In this document: positions 23,320-37,188 of the stretch, piece by piece
Layout: each line of letters begins with the position of its first letter
Numbering within the stretch: position 1 is the stretch's first letter
From: Yuukianura sp. NJ FZ-2021
Taxonomy: Eukaryota
Direction of reading: 5' to 3'
Assembly: GCA_046563655.1 (NCBI GenBank)
Contig: CM102285.1
Span: forward strand, 1,302,001 to 1,366,000
Length of the DNA: 64,000 nucleotides
Translations under genes and position numbers: made by a program
Notes under the pieces: model-generated
What the model saw: the letters and a program-made list of their open reading frames with translations, nothing else
What the model was told of the DNA's origin: nothing
Database searches by the model: none

Positions 23320-24706
23320 TTAGAATGTGATTACTAAATTTTTGACATTTTCAACGACAATTGTTCCAAAAATTGTGAGAATGAATTCCCTCGAATCGAA
23401 TACAAAGTGGTTTCCAACTTGGAAATTAATTTGCGTTCGCGACTTCCAAAATCGGCGACTGCGTGTCATGTCGCGGTGAATTTTATTCCCTCCAACTCTG
23501 CAACATTTAACAGAGTTGATATGACAGAGCACTGCTAGAGTTATAGAGGTCTTTATAAAATAAGCGATCAATAGCGCAACGATGATGAATAGTTGAAGTA
23601 TCAGGATGTATTCCAAACTACCAAATTTGAAAAAGGCGTAAATAAACAGGATCATAACAGCCTCGCAAATGTACAAAGCAAATTCAATAATGTCAGCGAA
23701 CATTTGATTTGCAATGCCGTTGAGAACTTGGAAACAAATGAAAGTGAATTCATGGATTCCATTCTCAGAAGAAAGACAAGACACGAGTCGGTTTCTAAAA
23801 AAGAAATGCTTAGTTAAGAAATTTTACACAAAGTAAAAAATTTCGTTTCATTTGTTATATTTTTCTTGCTTTAAATCCATTAGCCAGTGGCGCACTACAT
23901 TGCCATAAATTAGCCCAAGATTTGCGAAGAGGAATACAGCAAACCCAGCATTAATGCCAGCAATACATGCGACAAAAGCTACAATACCCATTGCTGATCT
24001 CACCGAATATGTGTCTGGATTAGTATTTATACACAATTGCAGAATCTGTACAAAAACACTTTGTATAAAGTCTGTGATTTGATTGTTGCCAAACACAAAG
24101 AACCCGGAAATTGCAGGGGGAATGAATATTCGTAGGTAATGAAATGCCAAATTGATGAACTTGGAAACATTTTCGTATCCATCTGAGCCTTGGGCGTGTA
24201 TCGGCACTACATACTGTTGGTCTAGTATAAAAAGAAGCATTGGCTAAAATAGTTATTTCTAAAATCGGTCCGAAAATGAAAATTTTTCAACCGAAAATAA
24301 ATTTAGATAAAATGAGCGCAAATAGCTATCATAAATGAGACAACTTACTGAGTTTATTCATGAATTTTAAAAAGCATGATAATACGTACATTATTTCCTC
24401 CATGTAGAACAAATACCAAAATTGAAATCCACTCAACGCGAATGTCAACGTTAAAATTCCAACAAATAGAACAATTACACTTTCATTTTTGTGGAACGTA
24501 ACACATCCATAGATGTATAATACCATTAGCAAAACGTTTACGCATAGGCTGGCTTTTGTCAACAGTTTGGAAATTGCAAAGTTTTGGGAAATGATTGTAA
24601 TAACGTATCCTTCTTTAGTCAAAGTAACTTGAAAGGGGTAAATTCTCCACTTGTACCCAGCATTGACAGTTTTTAAGGCGTAGTCCCAGGTTGTCTTGGA
24701 TAACAT
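23320..24706 (-). CDS. 7TM chemosensory receptor-like family A, copy 3; exons 24349-24706, 23870-24221, 23320-23794
   Basis: Paralog with the same 358/352/475 exon sizes and an open reading frame. Confidence 0.75.
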
Positions 24707-26370
24707 TTTAAGAAAATGTTCAACTGAACCGGCCTAATCGACAACTAATTTAAAATTGCCACTAAGGTAAACTTAGGTGAAAAATTTTTCAATTTTTCTA
24801 AATGCAATATCCGACGCTTACAAATAATTCAACACAATTTTCAAATTCCTGTGAAACGTTTTTTAATAAGAGGAATTTTTGAAACGCTGTGCATAACATA
24901 CAAAGGGCTGAACGTATTTTTTCTTTTTGATATTAAAAAATTCACGCAAGTGGGCTGAAAATTTTTGAAAATATGGACTACCTCATTTTCCTTATTCAGT
25001 GCCCTTTGCTCGAATGACGGAAATTGTATGAAATATGCAAGGAGATGAACTGAAGTGGACGAAAGCTTTGAAAATTTACGCCCAACTCTTTGGAAGGAAA
25101 TGGTGGCCTACAAATTTCAAACCCACATCGTATGAAACAAAACCTTTCGTGTTTTGTTTTAGCACTTCTTACAGGCCTAGATTTGCATGACTAAAATTAG
25201 CACCCAGTTTGTTTGCTTTTGCTCGAGATTTTTTCCCCAAGAGCTATCTGACACTCGGGATTTCTCCAAAATGTTGCCGCAAATGGTGGGATCACGTTTT
25301 GGTGGGTTTCATTTGGGCGTTCCTTTGAAATTCAAAAATAGAAGCACTTGACGTCGAGGAACATGACGTCGAGAACATACAAAAGGCTGGAAGTATTTTT
25401 TCTTTTTTATATTAAAAAATTCACACAAGTGGGCTACACATTTTTGAAAATGTGGACTATCTCATTTCCCTTATTCAGTGGCTTTCGATGGAATGACGGA
25501 AATTGTATGAAATATGCAGGCAAATGAACTGTTTTTTTTACTTTCTACCTGCTGTAAAAAATGGAAACCGATAATTTTTCAAAAAGTTATTGATGACCAA
25601 GAACGTCTGAACGACGCCCTAGAAAATTAATGGCCAAACTTAAAGGAGAAGAATTTGGCGGGCTGCAAAAGCTGTAGGCTAGTCCAAGCTATAAACAAAA
25701 GCTACTAATGTTCAATCTGTTTTAGCACATCTTACACGCCTAGATTTTCAGGACAAAAATTAGCACCCAGTTTTTTTTCTCGAAATTTTTTTCTCCCAAG
25801 AGCTCCTGCCACCTCTGGCATAAATCAAAATGTTACTACGAATAGGATGACGTTTTGGCAGGTTTCATTGGGGCGTTCATGTAAAATTTAAAAACCGGAG
25901 CAGTTGAAGTTGAAATTCACGAATTTTTCACTTTTTCTGCCATTTGAAATTAAACTCTCAAAATACTCGGTTGTACCTCGGTTTTTGTACATTGCAAATT
26001 GTGCAAAAATCGATACAACCGAGTAAAACGAATACAATATGTTTATTGCGTTATAAATTGGGCCGGAGAAAATACAAACAAGCAAACAAATGGCGTTGGG
26101 CCGTTTTAGCAGAACAAATCCGAAAACATTCTTTATTTAACTGTACCTCAAGCAATTAGATTTTGAAGGTGAAACGATTTAGTAACAACTAGAATCAAGT
26201 CCAAGCAAACCTGACCCTAAATTTCTGCAATTTTTTATTTTTACCGAATTTCAAATTAAAACCGACTTGGTGGTCTGCCAGTAATAAAAATATTGCTAAT
26301 AATTACTTCTTCTCCTTTGTCGGCATATTCATACAGGCCATTCAAGTAGTGGGTAGAAAACTTGTATTTT

Positions 26371-28058
26371 TTAATTAATCCTAACAATAGGAATCAAGCT
26401 ACAGGTTAACGAAATTAGGCAAATACCGATAAGTAAAAAGATCAATTCGAACATACTTATACTCTCTTGCTCCGAATCAGTTTGCGCAGTCGTGTTGGAC
26501 GTCGTACCGTGGTTGAAAGGTGCGAGTTGGCCGGATCCAGACGAATTACTTCCAGCAGTTGACCATGGAACTCGGATATTAGTGCTCGGTGGAGTGACAA
26601 GAATTGGTGGGTTGTAGCCTGGCGTGACCTCTACTTCAACTAGATATCGGATGACAATTCGATTCGGATCGTAGACGACAAATTCGTTGTAGTTGAGGGC
26701 GTGTGTCGGGCAATTATTACATTTGGCAGTTTTTCCATAAGGTATGAGACACCCATGGATATCTCCAGTGTCACTCCAATCTGGAACGTAGGTTCCGTTT
26801 CCCCGGACACTGTCAAATCCAGGGGAGGAGCTGTCCAGGCACAGTGGTCTGTTTCCCAAGAATAGATATTTCCCAGTTTAACCTGAAATGACGGAGTTAA
26901 GGTATTAATTAGCTGGTTAAAAAATGTTTCACAGATTTGTTACAAATTATTACAGACAAGACGAAAACTTTACTGCGTACACACGGACAAGCAAAACATT
27001 TTTTCAGTATTAGGTCATTACTTTCAGGAGAGTGTTGGTGGATGTTTAAACGCCCAGTGGCTTAATTGTTACTTATCCACTGGAAGAAATGTACCCCAAA
27101 TGGACGAAAATATTAGTGGATGGAAGAAATTAAGAATTGTGCACAAAATTAACAAAAAAATAAGAAAAAGAAATCAGGAATATTTTCTTTCATCCTTAAA
27201 ATTAATTATTTATTTAAAACTCATTCAAAAACCATATTTCCTTCGTTTTTGTACAGTATTTTGAATTGTTTTTTGCATTTAATAGTTTTTAAAATCTTTA
27301 GTATTTAATTAATTGAAACCCCGCGGGCAAAGCTACGACCCTTTTGATTTATCCATTACGTCCATTTCTTCCACTGGATATCCAGTCGTAGACGAAATGT
27401 AGAAAAAGGGGATATCCACCAACACTCTTTCCGGACAAACAAACGAACCACACCATACGTTAGAATTAAAATAGATAATTGAAATACTATGTATGTTATA
27501 TAGACAACTGACCTCACACAGAAGTAAAAAAGTGTTGATACTAGCATCACAGTAGTTGAGTGATTTAGTAATCCGATCAGCAAAGTAAATTCCGGCCCCG
27601 AACATTTGTCCATTGAACTCTGGTAAAATAAATCCAGCATCCAGTATTTTCGGTATGTTTCTGCGTTTTGTTCCATGCCAAAGGAGTATTCTGTTGGGAA
27701 TTTCAAATAGGGTGTAACTACCCAATCGTTCACTCAACCGAAGGACAACATGAATATGGACGACCTTGAGACTGACGTTGTCGTGACACTGGCTGTTGTT
27801 GACATATTTAACTATTTTATGGTAGTCGGGTGCATCTTCATACAGTTTGAACAAGACATTTTGTTTGAGAAAGGATAATCTTGTGTCCAGCAATCCAGCA
27901 AGCCGTCTCAAGTCGTGCCGTTTTTCATGCAAATTAATTCCACACGAATCACAATCCTCTTCTGAATCATTCGTCCGGTCAGTACCATGACGAGAACTGG
28001 ACGAGTTAGTACGGAAGTCCTGTGCCGCTTGTTGTGCGCGAGATTTGTTGGACGCCAT
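26371..28058 (-). pseudogene. PARP catalytic-domain gene with C-terminal TM tail; 1-nt frameshift in exon 2 (exons 27513-28058, 26371-26882)
   Basis: LLWHGT, MFGAGIYFAD, YNEFVVY. Exon 2 is 512 nt, one base short near 26821-26830 relative to the paralogs, which could be an assembly error. Tail sequence is MFELIFLLIGICLISLTCSLIPIV. Confidence 0.75.
27030..27427. mobile_element. hAT-like MITE in the PARP intron
   Basis: 14-bp TIR gagtgttggtggat/atccaccaacactc and 8-bp TSD tttcagga/tttccgga (1 mismatch). Homologous to 48529-48888 in the opposite orientation. Confidence 0.75.
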
Positions 28059-28338
28059 TTTGATCCCCAGTAAAGTAAGGCTGATCACCAGATTGATACG
28101 AAAGAACTTTACAATATGGAGAATGGTGTGCCTCGGAACTTTCAGACAAGAATATTAACCTAAATCTGAGTTTATTCCATTTCAAAAAAGATTTTTTCGA
28201 AAAGCTGCTATGCTAAAACAAAGCCCATCAAACCTCGTAGAAGGAACCAAAAAGTGGGGGACTAAGTGAAACTTATTTTTACTTTTGTTTTTCTAAGGTT
28301 TGGAAAATTTGCTTCATTTAAGAATTGTCAACAAACTC

Positions 28339-28885
28339 CAGTGGTGGGAACCTACGCAAATTTTTTATACCTGTGGCACCTGCACCTGCAGCTTGTGTAA
28401 CCTGTCCAACCTGCAACCTGCAGGTCTAGCGTGTTTCTGAAACCTGTGGAACCTGCAGATGATGCAGGTTACCCGCACAGAGAACAATAGGGAGCTCCTT
28501 TGGCAAACTCGCGAAGTTAGTTTAATTGAGATAATAATCTTAATTAAACTTTTCATAATCCATTCAAAATACCTATTGCTAGTATGCTAGTTGAAACAGA
28601 TCGGCAATTTTGATCATCTGAACGGCAAAACTTTTAAGTTTTGTACAAACTGATACAAATGTTTTAATCCGAAACAAAAAATATGTGCTTTTGGTACCAG
28701 TATACTGTTTTTCGGTTGATTTTCGAAGTTTTCCTCTTATACAACATGGTATTCCGCAGGCTTGCAGTTAACCTAACCTGCACCTGCAAAATCCAACTTT
28801 TTGCCTTGATTATGTGTACCTATCTGCGCAGGTTTGCAGGTATCTGCAATGACCTGCAGGTTATCCGCGCGGGTTCCCACCACTG
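28339..28885. mobile_element. hAT-like MITE
   Basis: 14-bp TIR cagtggtgggaacc/ggttcccaccactg, perfect 8-bp TSD acaaactc, and many subterminal acctg/caggt motifs. Confidence 0.88.
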
Positions 28886-29068
28886 ACAAACTCTTCCCTT
28901 TGCCTATCCCTTCAAACGCCCCAGGACATAAAGTAAAAATTTCGAACTTACAATTTCTTCCTAAAGTGTGTTTTGAATATTTTTTTTCTATTTTTTTGCT
29001 GAAATTACATTTATTACAATAATTTTAAATTCAAATATTGCGTTCAAGGTTCGTAAACAAACAATCTA

Positions 29069-29464
29069 CACCAGGTTGTCCAGTAACTGGAAGTTTTAAA
29101 ATGTGTTTAAAAATAGCAAATCTGATTTTTTATGGTAATTTTTTGCATATAGTGTTCCGTTCATTTAACAAATGCAAAAAAAAGCCAAATTTGGAAAAAG
29201 GCTATATTCCCATAAGAAAAGAGTCTAAAAAAAAACTCTAATTTCGGAAAGTTTTTGGAAAGACAAGGTGTCTCTTTTCTCGGAGGGAGGAAGTGAGGAT
29301 CTTCTTTTGAGACTCCTTTTCTTATTGGAATATAGCCTTTGCCGCAATTTGGCTTTTTTTTTTACATTTGTTAAATGAACGGAATAGTAAGGTAAATACG
29401 ATTCGTGCAGAAAGTTGTTTGAAATAAGAGTTTTGGAAACCCTTAGTTACTGGACAACCAGTTT
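29069..29464. mobile_element. Tc1/mariner-like MITE
   Basis: ~170-bp imperfect inverted arms (ggttgtccagtaact.../...agttactggacaacc), flanked by TA on both sides. Confidence 0.75.
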
Positions 29465-29513
29465 TAGGAAATACAATTTGGTTGTTATTGCAACCTTGAT
29501 TGCGTTTATTGAA

Positions 29514-29945
29514 ATGAGTCTGGACCAGCCGTCGCCTACACGGGGCAGAGAGCATGAGCAGAATCACCATGGTCCTCCTTTTGACTTGCCGCAAGCGTTA
29601 CATTTTCGTCTTTTGGATTCTTTCAACTCTAGCAAAACAGTAACAAAACCGCCTTTTTTGGAACCTTTAGGCGATTGCTGGAATTTTGACTTTTTTGAAC
29701 ACCCCATTTCTGTTGAATTTACGTATGTCTGCCTTCATGAGCTGCAAAATCCTGCGTTGAACCGACTCCAAAATACTTTCAAAATACCAGAGTTCACGTA
29801 ACAAATGAAGGCAGATTGGAGGAAATTTTGAATCACTCGCAAGTAGATTGGATGAATGCCAGTATTTCGCCAAGTTTGTGCAACTTCAAAGGAATTCCGT
29901 TTCTAACCAAATTCAAATCTTCCCTCCAATTCATCTGAATTGAAA
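29514..29945 (+). pseudogene. F-box gene pseudogene
   Basis: Homologous to 41295-41886 (FDLPQA|AIAGILTFLNTP). The donor GT is lost, there is a frameshift, and the 3' end is truncated. Confidence 0.65.
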
Positions 29946-30122
29946 CTGAACTGAAGTGAAACGATTTAATAACAACTGGACTCAATTCCAACCAAACCTG
30001 ACCTTACAGTCTTAAATATTAGACTAATCAGTAAAGGTCAAGGCTAAGGTAACCAAATGTTACGTAAAATATAATTGAGTAACTAAATTACACTGAAATT
30101 GGACCATGGGCGTAGCAGGAGT

Positions 30123-31784
30123 TTACAAAATTGAGCATGGACAGCAAATGGGGTTAATAGCAGATGAGGTATTGGCACGACCTCGTTGGTTCGGCGTTCG
30201 AGCTGCTGGGTACGTGATGTACGGAGAAGACGAAGCTTGGACGGTGGTTCCAGCAGCTTGTCCATTTTGACGAACGGGAGCTTTTTGAGCAGCAGTTCTG
30301 GAACTAGAAACTGGATTTGCGTTGGTGGAGCTGAAACTGCCGTAGGTAGCTTGTGTACTTGAATTTGAATAGGATGAAACTTGAGAAGCAAATGCACTTG
30401 AGGAATAGCCAGTAGTTGATACATGACGTCCGTTAATAGTAGTGGTGCTACTTATTTGCCGCGTTTGAGTTTGTGTGATAGTTGCGGATAATCCTGGTGC
30501 AAGTCTAACAGTAGTAGTACGAGTTGCTGCCAAAGCTTTAGCACGAGCGGCAGTTAAAGTTGTTGCAGGAGTTGCTGTAGAAGTTGAATTACGAGTGGCC
30601 GTTGAAACTGAAGTTGAAGCAGGAGTTGCATAAGACGAGTAGTAAGTTTGGCCTGAATAAGGTGGTTGCTGCGGGCGAGTGACAGCGACAGTGGTGGCTG
30701 CGGTACTACGACTAACGGGTACAACTTGATTGGAAACGGTTGGATTGATTCGAACAGGCGTTCCTCTACGTCCATTTCCACGACTGTTAGTGTTGATACT
30801 GCTGGCTGGAGTGACAAGGAATAATGGTGACGGTGAGTATACTCGTGTGACCTCCACCTCCACCAGAAATCGAATGACAATACGTTTCGGATCGTAGACA
30901 ATAAACTCGTTATATTGGACGGCATGGCTAGGGTATTTGGTACATTTGGCAGTCTTTCCATACGGTATCAAGCAGCCCATGAATCGTCCGTTGTCAGTCC
31001 AGTCTGGAACGTATGTCCCGTTCCCCTTGACACTGTCGTATCCTCTTGGAGCACCTTTCCAGTCATTGTGTGCTTCTGCGCAGGAATATATCTTTCCCAA
31101 CGCAACCTGAATGACACGGATAACCAGACATAGTAAAATCAATCACATTAAACTAATAATCTAGTAAACCACATTATATAGTGTAGTAAACAAAATAGGC
31201 GAAAATCTAACCTCGCAAAGAAGGAGGAACGTGTTCTGGGAATCACTATAATTACTTGATTTAGTAATTCGGTCAGCAAAGTAAATCCCTGGGCCAAACA
31301 TCTGCCCATTGTGAGGTGGTAAGATGAATCCAGTCTCCAGAATTTTTGGTATGTTTTCACGTTTGGTTCCATGCCAAAGGAGCATTCGATTGGGTATGTC
31401 AAACAGCCCTTTCGGATCGTCTCGTTTCCAGACACGATGAATGCGGACGACTTTGAGACTGACGTCGGTATGACACTGACTGTTGTTGACGTAAGTAACA
31501 ACTTTCTGGTAATTGGGTCCATCCTCCCATAGTTTGAGTCCAGCATGTCTTCTGAGCAAAAATGAAGTTGTTCCCATCAACTGAGCAATTCGTTCCAAAT
31601 GTCGCCGCTCCTCCAGCAATTTTTGTTGCTCTTCCCACGTTTGTTCTCTCTGCTGCTCAGAATTATCGTCTTCTGAATCATCTGTGGATGGAAGACGACG
31701 ATAATCAGAAGAGCGGGATCTGGAATTATACGATGATGATCCTCTTCCTCGAGGCCTTCGAGAAGATCCACCGCCGGACGCCAT
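30123..31784 (-). CDS. Minimal PARP (ADP-ribosyltransferase, H-Y-E type) with Ser/Thr-rich tail and C-terminal CaaX, 518 aa; exons 31212-31784, 30123-31106
   Basis: LLWHGT...QMFGPGIYFAD...LLCE|VALG...YDSVKG...YNEFIVYD with a phase-0 GT-AG intron. The protein ends ...PICCPCSIL-stop. Confidence 0.88.
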
Positions 31785-33430
31785 TTTGATTTAGCAAGCC
31801 GGTTTAGTCTGAAATCAAAAAATCATATGTTACTTCCATGTCACTTGATAATATCATTACGTCCACGACTTTTCGAATACAAAACAATTCAAACAACCTT
31901 GATTACTACTGACGTCAATGGTAACAGTTACTTTAGGTTTAAAAATTGACAACTTATTAGGTTTTTGTGACAGACTCACAAATCCGTGTATCTGCAGCAA
32001 TTTTGAATCCTTTTTAGTGTTTTGTGTAATTCCGAATTCTGTTCCGTTGTTCCGTACACGATTCCGGATCCGATCAACTGTTAAATCAAAATGTTAAATT
32101 AAAAAAAAAATCCAGGTGATTGGTACTAATCTAGTGCATTATCTTACCAAATCACGACGAGCTCTTTTCCATACAATGCAAAACAAGAAAAAATGAGATG
32201 TTATGCAGTGCAGAGAGAGCATTGGATCCAGATCCAACTCCCAAGGCCAGCAAAGGAAACAATGCACCTAAAATCTGAAAGTGGTTATTTTTACAACTGC
32301 AGGGTTCGTAAATTCCCGGGTAAAGGATGGGTGCCTCAGGGTTATTTACATGGGAATGACATGTAGGAAACCAAACGCTCTTGCGCAATTCTACAGGTAG
32401 TTTAACAACGCTTTCTTCTTCAAAATTAAGCATTAATTCAGAATGTTACGTTAATTTAGTTGAGTCTGTTTCTTCGTTGGCCATCGTTTTGCAGGAAGTT
32501 CAGTGACCTCTACCCAAAGTGCAAGGTATTGGTCAATTCAAACGCACTAAAGGTCAAAGTTTCACCTTGTCCAATATTACTTGTACAATATTTTTTTTAG
32601 TAGATCACAAACAACCTGTAAAAATTAAATAAGAACAACTTTTCATGCTCCTTTGTCATTTCCGTAAATTTTACGATGACAGATTAACCTTGGAGTTTTA
32701 GTAACAGCCTACTAAAACACTCAAATTGCAAAGTCGTTTCTTCGTTTTAAAAACGAAAATTTGCTGCTACGATTCCAAATCTTGTTCGCATGGAACGTTC
32801 TGGTTTCATTCCATTAGCTATAAAAATCGCTTTATTTGCACTTTACAACCGGTTTATTTCATTTCGGTTTATTTCAAAATTCAAAATATGCTTTAAGGCT
32901 ATCCCTACTACTTGCATCTTAATTTCATATTTTATGTAATAGGATTGAATTTTAAATTCTACTTTCATCACTTTTTTATGCAGCTTTCCCTCGAAGAAGT
33001 AAAAAAAGTAATCAAGCGCGAATATTATTAAAAAACATGCCAGCCGGAGATTACTCCAGCAGAAAGGCACTAAAATTATTATAGTTTAATTTAGTTTGAT
33101 TAACTAAAAGTCAGTCGACGGGTATCAAAGTAGATTGAAAGATGAAATGAATGAAAATTTAAGTTCAACTTTGATCGTTTTCACTGCAGTCAAATTAACA
33201 CAGTCTTTCCTTCTTTACTTTAGTCATGACACCTTCGAAGTGTCAGACAGCGTTAGACAGACGTTGGGCACAGACTTGTTCTGTACAGTTGACGTAGTTA
33301 GCGGAAATAACTTTATCATTGAGGTTAACACTAGAATAGTTTTGGTTGCTACGACAACGGCACGATTTTGATCGTTATTTGAACAACACGAATTTTGGTT
33401 GTCAGGGCAACGCAGCGATTTTGGTGAGCT

Positions 33431-35146
33431 ATGATTTGTAAAGCGTCAATAAGAATAGTGTTAGGTGTGCTGGAAATGAGTTCCAAATTGTACCAAACTA
33501 CTTTTAAGTGGGATCCGGTTAACTACCGTTTGATCGCCATGGAACCGGAGTTCAAATGGAATAAATTTGTTGTAATTAAAATGAAACGGCTGTGGTTCAG
33601 AGTTGCCAACTTGGTCACAATCCTGTCACTTGCGTTTCGAATTGTACGGTTTCTTCAGGCAATATATATTTACGAAATGTCATACCAACACGTAATGTTT
33701 CAATGGTTAATCGTGCGTGATGCTGTCTACTCTGGGAACAACTCTTGTTATGGTGAGTGCTCTAAGAGTTGACGATTTGGCAACAGTGTACACCATGTTA
33801 CTTCGATACGACAAAATGTTAACAGGTAAAACAAATGCATCAGTATAACAAATTATTAAGTATTTTTTTTTTATAATTATTTATTAATAACGAATTTCAT
33901 CAACTTGTCTTTTTAGAGCAATATAAAACAGAGTATCCAGTTAAGGACAAGTTACTTCCTATACTACTGTTTTTTACCATGGTTCCTGCATTTCTCATCC
34001 CTGGACTTCTCCTGCTTTGTATGTTGAATCATAGCATGCCGGTTTACATTACTTCGTTACTCTACTACATACCACCAAATTTCAAAATTTTGCGCGCCCT
34101 GGTATTCATCCCTTTTCTTGGACTCGAACTTTGGCAAGCAACTATAACCGTTTGCATCGGCCTACTTTTTGTTACAACTACAGTGATGTTGTACCATTCA
34201 GCAACATTTTGGATTACGGAAATGAGGTACATATCCAACTACTGTGAGCGGAAATACTATATAAATATAATATGGATTATACAGACTGTATAATCTATAT
34301 TATCTGTATATTATCTGTACAGTATATATATTCTATGGATTATATATATAATATAAATTATAATATATTTAATAATATAAATATAATATAATTTATATTT
34401 CCCGTTTATGCTATATTTTAAAATAAATATAAATTTGAATCTACACAAACAATATGGTGTACCATACCATATGGCATACCATAATGCTGTTGGGTAAGTC
34501 ATGTAATTATATAGAGGGTTTACCGTATAAAACTAAGTTGCTATACGAGAGCGCCATCTGTATCTAAAAAATAATTCCTGACGATGTTTTTACAGCTCCG
34601 TTGCGAAAATGCCGGGATACTCCGAGTTTGACTCGAACCACCGAACGCAAAATACGCTCCGCCGACCTTCTAGTGTGCTCAGCGTCTACAGATCCTGGCA
34701 AGTAATTCTGCGGTGGTTCAGCGAAGTAATGGATTTTGGCATTACTGGACAGCACTTTATACTGGTTATTACACTCATCATTGGAGCATACTCTACGATT
34801 GCTTTTTGGGGAGATCATAACCTAGAGTCCATTCAAGCCTTTTTGTCCTTTGCCGTTTATCCTGGAGGATCCTTCGTCGTTTTCGTTTGGATTGTACTGA
34901 TCCAACCAATGTGTGCAAATCTGTCAATCAAATGTGAGGAATTGAAGACAAATTGGATATGGCAGTCGCACTTGCTTATGCGCAGAGCACATGGCGTCGA
35001 GAAAGGAAAGGCTTTGAGGAAATCCATTGTTTCATGTCAAATACTAACTACTCATGTACACGTTTTTTGCGTACAAAGTTAGCACAATGCCGCAACTTCT
35101 GGACGAATGTGTTGACAAAACCATCATACTCTTGCTGGGACTTTAA
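33431..35146 (+). pseudogene. 7TM chemosensory receptor-like family B, frameshifted copy
   Basis: Paralog of 38510-40099. Exon 1 is +4 nt (near 33715) and exon 3 is -2 nt (near 35060) relative to the intact copies. Confidence 0.75.
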
Positions 35147-35505
35147 AAAGACTCGCGATTACAGCTGCTCGTCGACGAGATATTGCGTGACGCCGTAATG
35201 GTGTAGGACGTTGTTTTTTATTATAATGTTGATAATTTTCAGAAATTATTCTAGGTCAGATATTCATGCCGAAATTTGCCCAGCACATGCGCAGTTTTAC
35301 GACAACAATAACACACCAGTTTTGAACAGAAACTTTAAATCTCTGCTTTTTTTAGTTTGTCATGTTTAAAACATGTTTGAAGAGATAGTGATAGTGCTTA
35401 AGAGCTTACTTCAAGTTGATCTTAGGGCTATAGATTCTGAAAACAAAATCTTAATTGCTTGAATAAAATTCAGTCAAATTGAGTCAAATTTTGAAATTCT
35501 AAATT

Positions 35506-37188
35506 TCAAATAATGACGAGTTCAGAGTTTGCACGGCCGTATATGGCACGATGTGCGTAGAACAAATCTGTGAGTGCTGCTATGTACTTGGAATGAACTT
35601 CGTCAATATATTCCTGGCTTGGATTGGCTTGTAGCTCCACAGGGATTGGTGCACCGACTGAAAAAGAGAAATTTTGAATATGATTTTCAACATCTTGATT
35701 ATATTTTTCAAAAATCCTACCGACTGTAGTAATTGGACATCGTCTTGGAAGAATTCCAAATGAATACTGAAAAATTCCTCTGCCTAAAACCAAAACTGGC
35801 GCTCCCCCGAAGAGATCTGTGCATTTATCCTGGAAATTCCTAAGCCAAGATCCCTTCGGGTTCTTCAGTTGAGAATAAATGTCGGTTTCACCAAAACTGT
35901 AAATTGGCACTAGTGGTGCTCTGAAATACAAAATTTTGAATTTTGAAACTGCCCGAAGCTTTAGGAATTTTCAAATTTCAGGTTTCATAAGGCTACGCAC
36001 CCATTTTCGATAGCGACCTTGATAAATCCTTTTCGTTTTTTCAAGTAGACTATGTCTGTTCCGGGAGAGGAGTAAAGCACTATAAGGTCAGGTTATAAAA
36101 TTTAGTTAATAGTTTTACTCAGAAAATCAAATTTTTAAAATGTTTTTTGAAAACTGTTTCGCCGTTACTAACTTTCACGGCCTCCCCCAGGTGAAATTAT
36201 CAAGCCGTTTCCGACGCCGCTTTTACTCAACAAAAAATTTATACCTTCCCGCGATACGGAACATACACCTGAAAATGGTGAAGTTCAAAAAGTTATGAAA
36301 TTTAAACCAAAATTTTGCTTTGAACTTCAAATTTAACGGTACCACACGCTAACGCGACATCTCGAAATACTGGAATTCGGAAAAGCAAGTCAAGAGTTTG
36401 TAAGGTTATTTTGATTCCAGGGAAAACTTGACTGACATTGGTGCCCTCGGTCGCAAAATTTCCATAAAAACCTTCACGTTTAACATAAAATTAAAGTCTC
36501 AAAAATTTCAAAATTTTCTAAACGTTTTGAAAAAAAAAAGTTGCTCTTGCCGGAACATAAAATTCCATGGGGGTGGCACACCAATAAGTAGTTCCTGGAT
36601 GGATCCAATTCCGTTGTTTTCACTAACCGAATTGGAAAGTAATTGCAGTACCATTTCCACAGTCTCAAGTTCCGAAAGACATCAAACCTTCAAAAAAAAA
36701 ACAATTCTTTGAACTTTCAAAAAAAATCAAAATTTTGAAACTGTTTTGTACCTTCGTCCTCCTAGTCTCGCAATATTTCTATCGTAAATCATCCAAGTGA
36801 TGTAGGCAAGTCCGAAATACCAGTAACTGGTGTACAGTAGAACGTAAATGAGCAATAGTGGACCAAGAACAAGAAGTGACCAGAAAAACAGCCATGAGAG
36901 AACGCCAAACTGGAATTAGTTATAATAATTATTATAATAACTTTATATAAATTTATGGTCTTGAATTATATACATATTTTCATTACAGTTTCCAAGCGCC
37001 TTGACCATGGAATACAAAGCGGAGCAAACTCAATCAATCTAAAAAAACATTTTTTTGGAAAATTAGAAAGTGAACATAAATTGTAGACATAAAGCCTCTG
37101 AAACCAAAGTTCAAAAAACTATGTTTAGAAAAATTAATTTAAAAAAATTTACTCACCTTTTTCGCTGTAGACACTCTGTAGTTTCCAT
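35506..37188 (-). CDS. DGAT2/MOGAT-family acyltransferase, copy A (9 exons)
   Basis: [34 protein letters not shown] motifs. Exons were walked through in frame; one donor is GC (36549-36550). Confidence 0.85.

Noticed and set aside
30554-30961. Overlapping alternative-frame ORFs in PARP, receptor and DGAT genes
   Set aside because: These are shadow frames of real exons with no independent motifs.
32152-32620. 93-aa ORF and upstream coding-like sequence
   Set aside because: There are multiple stops upstream, no family motif and no consistent splice model.
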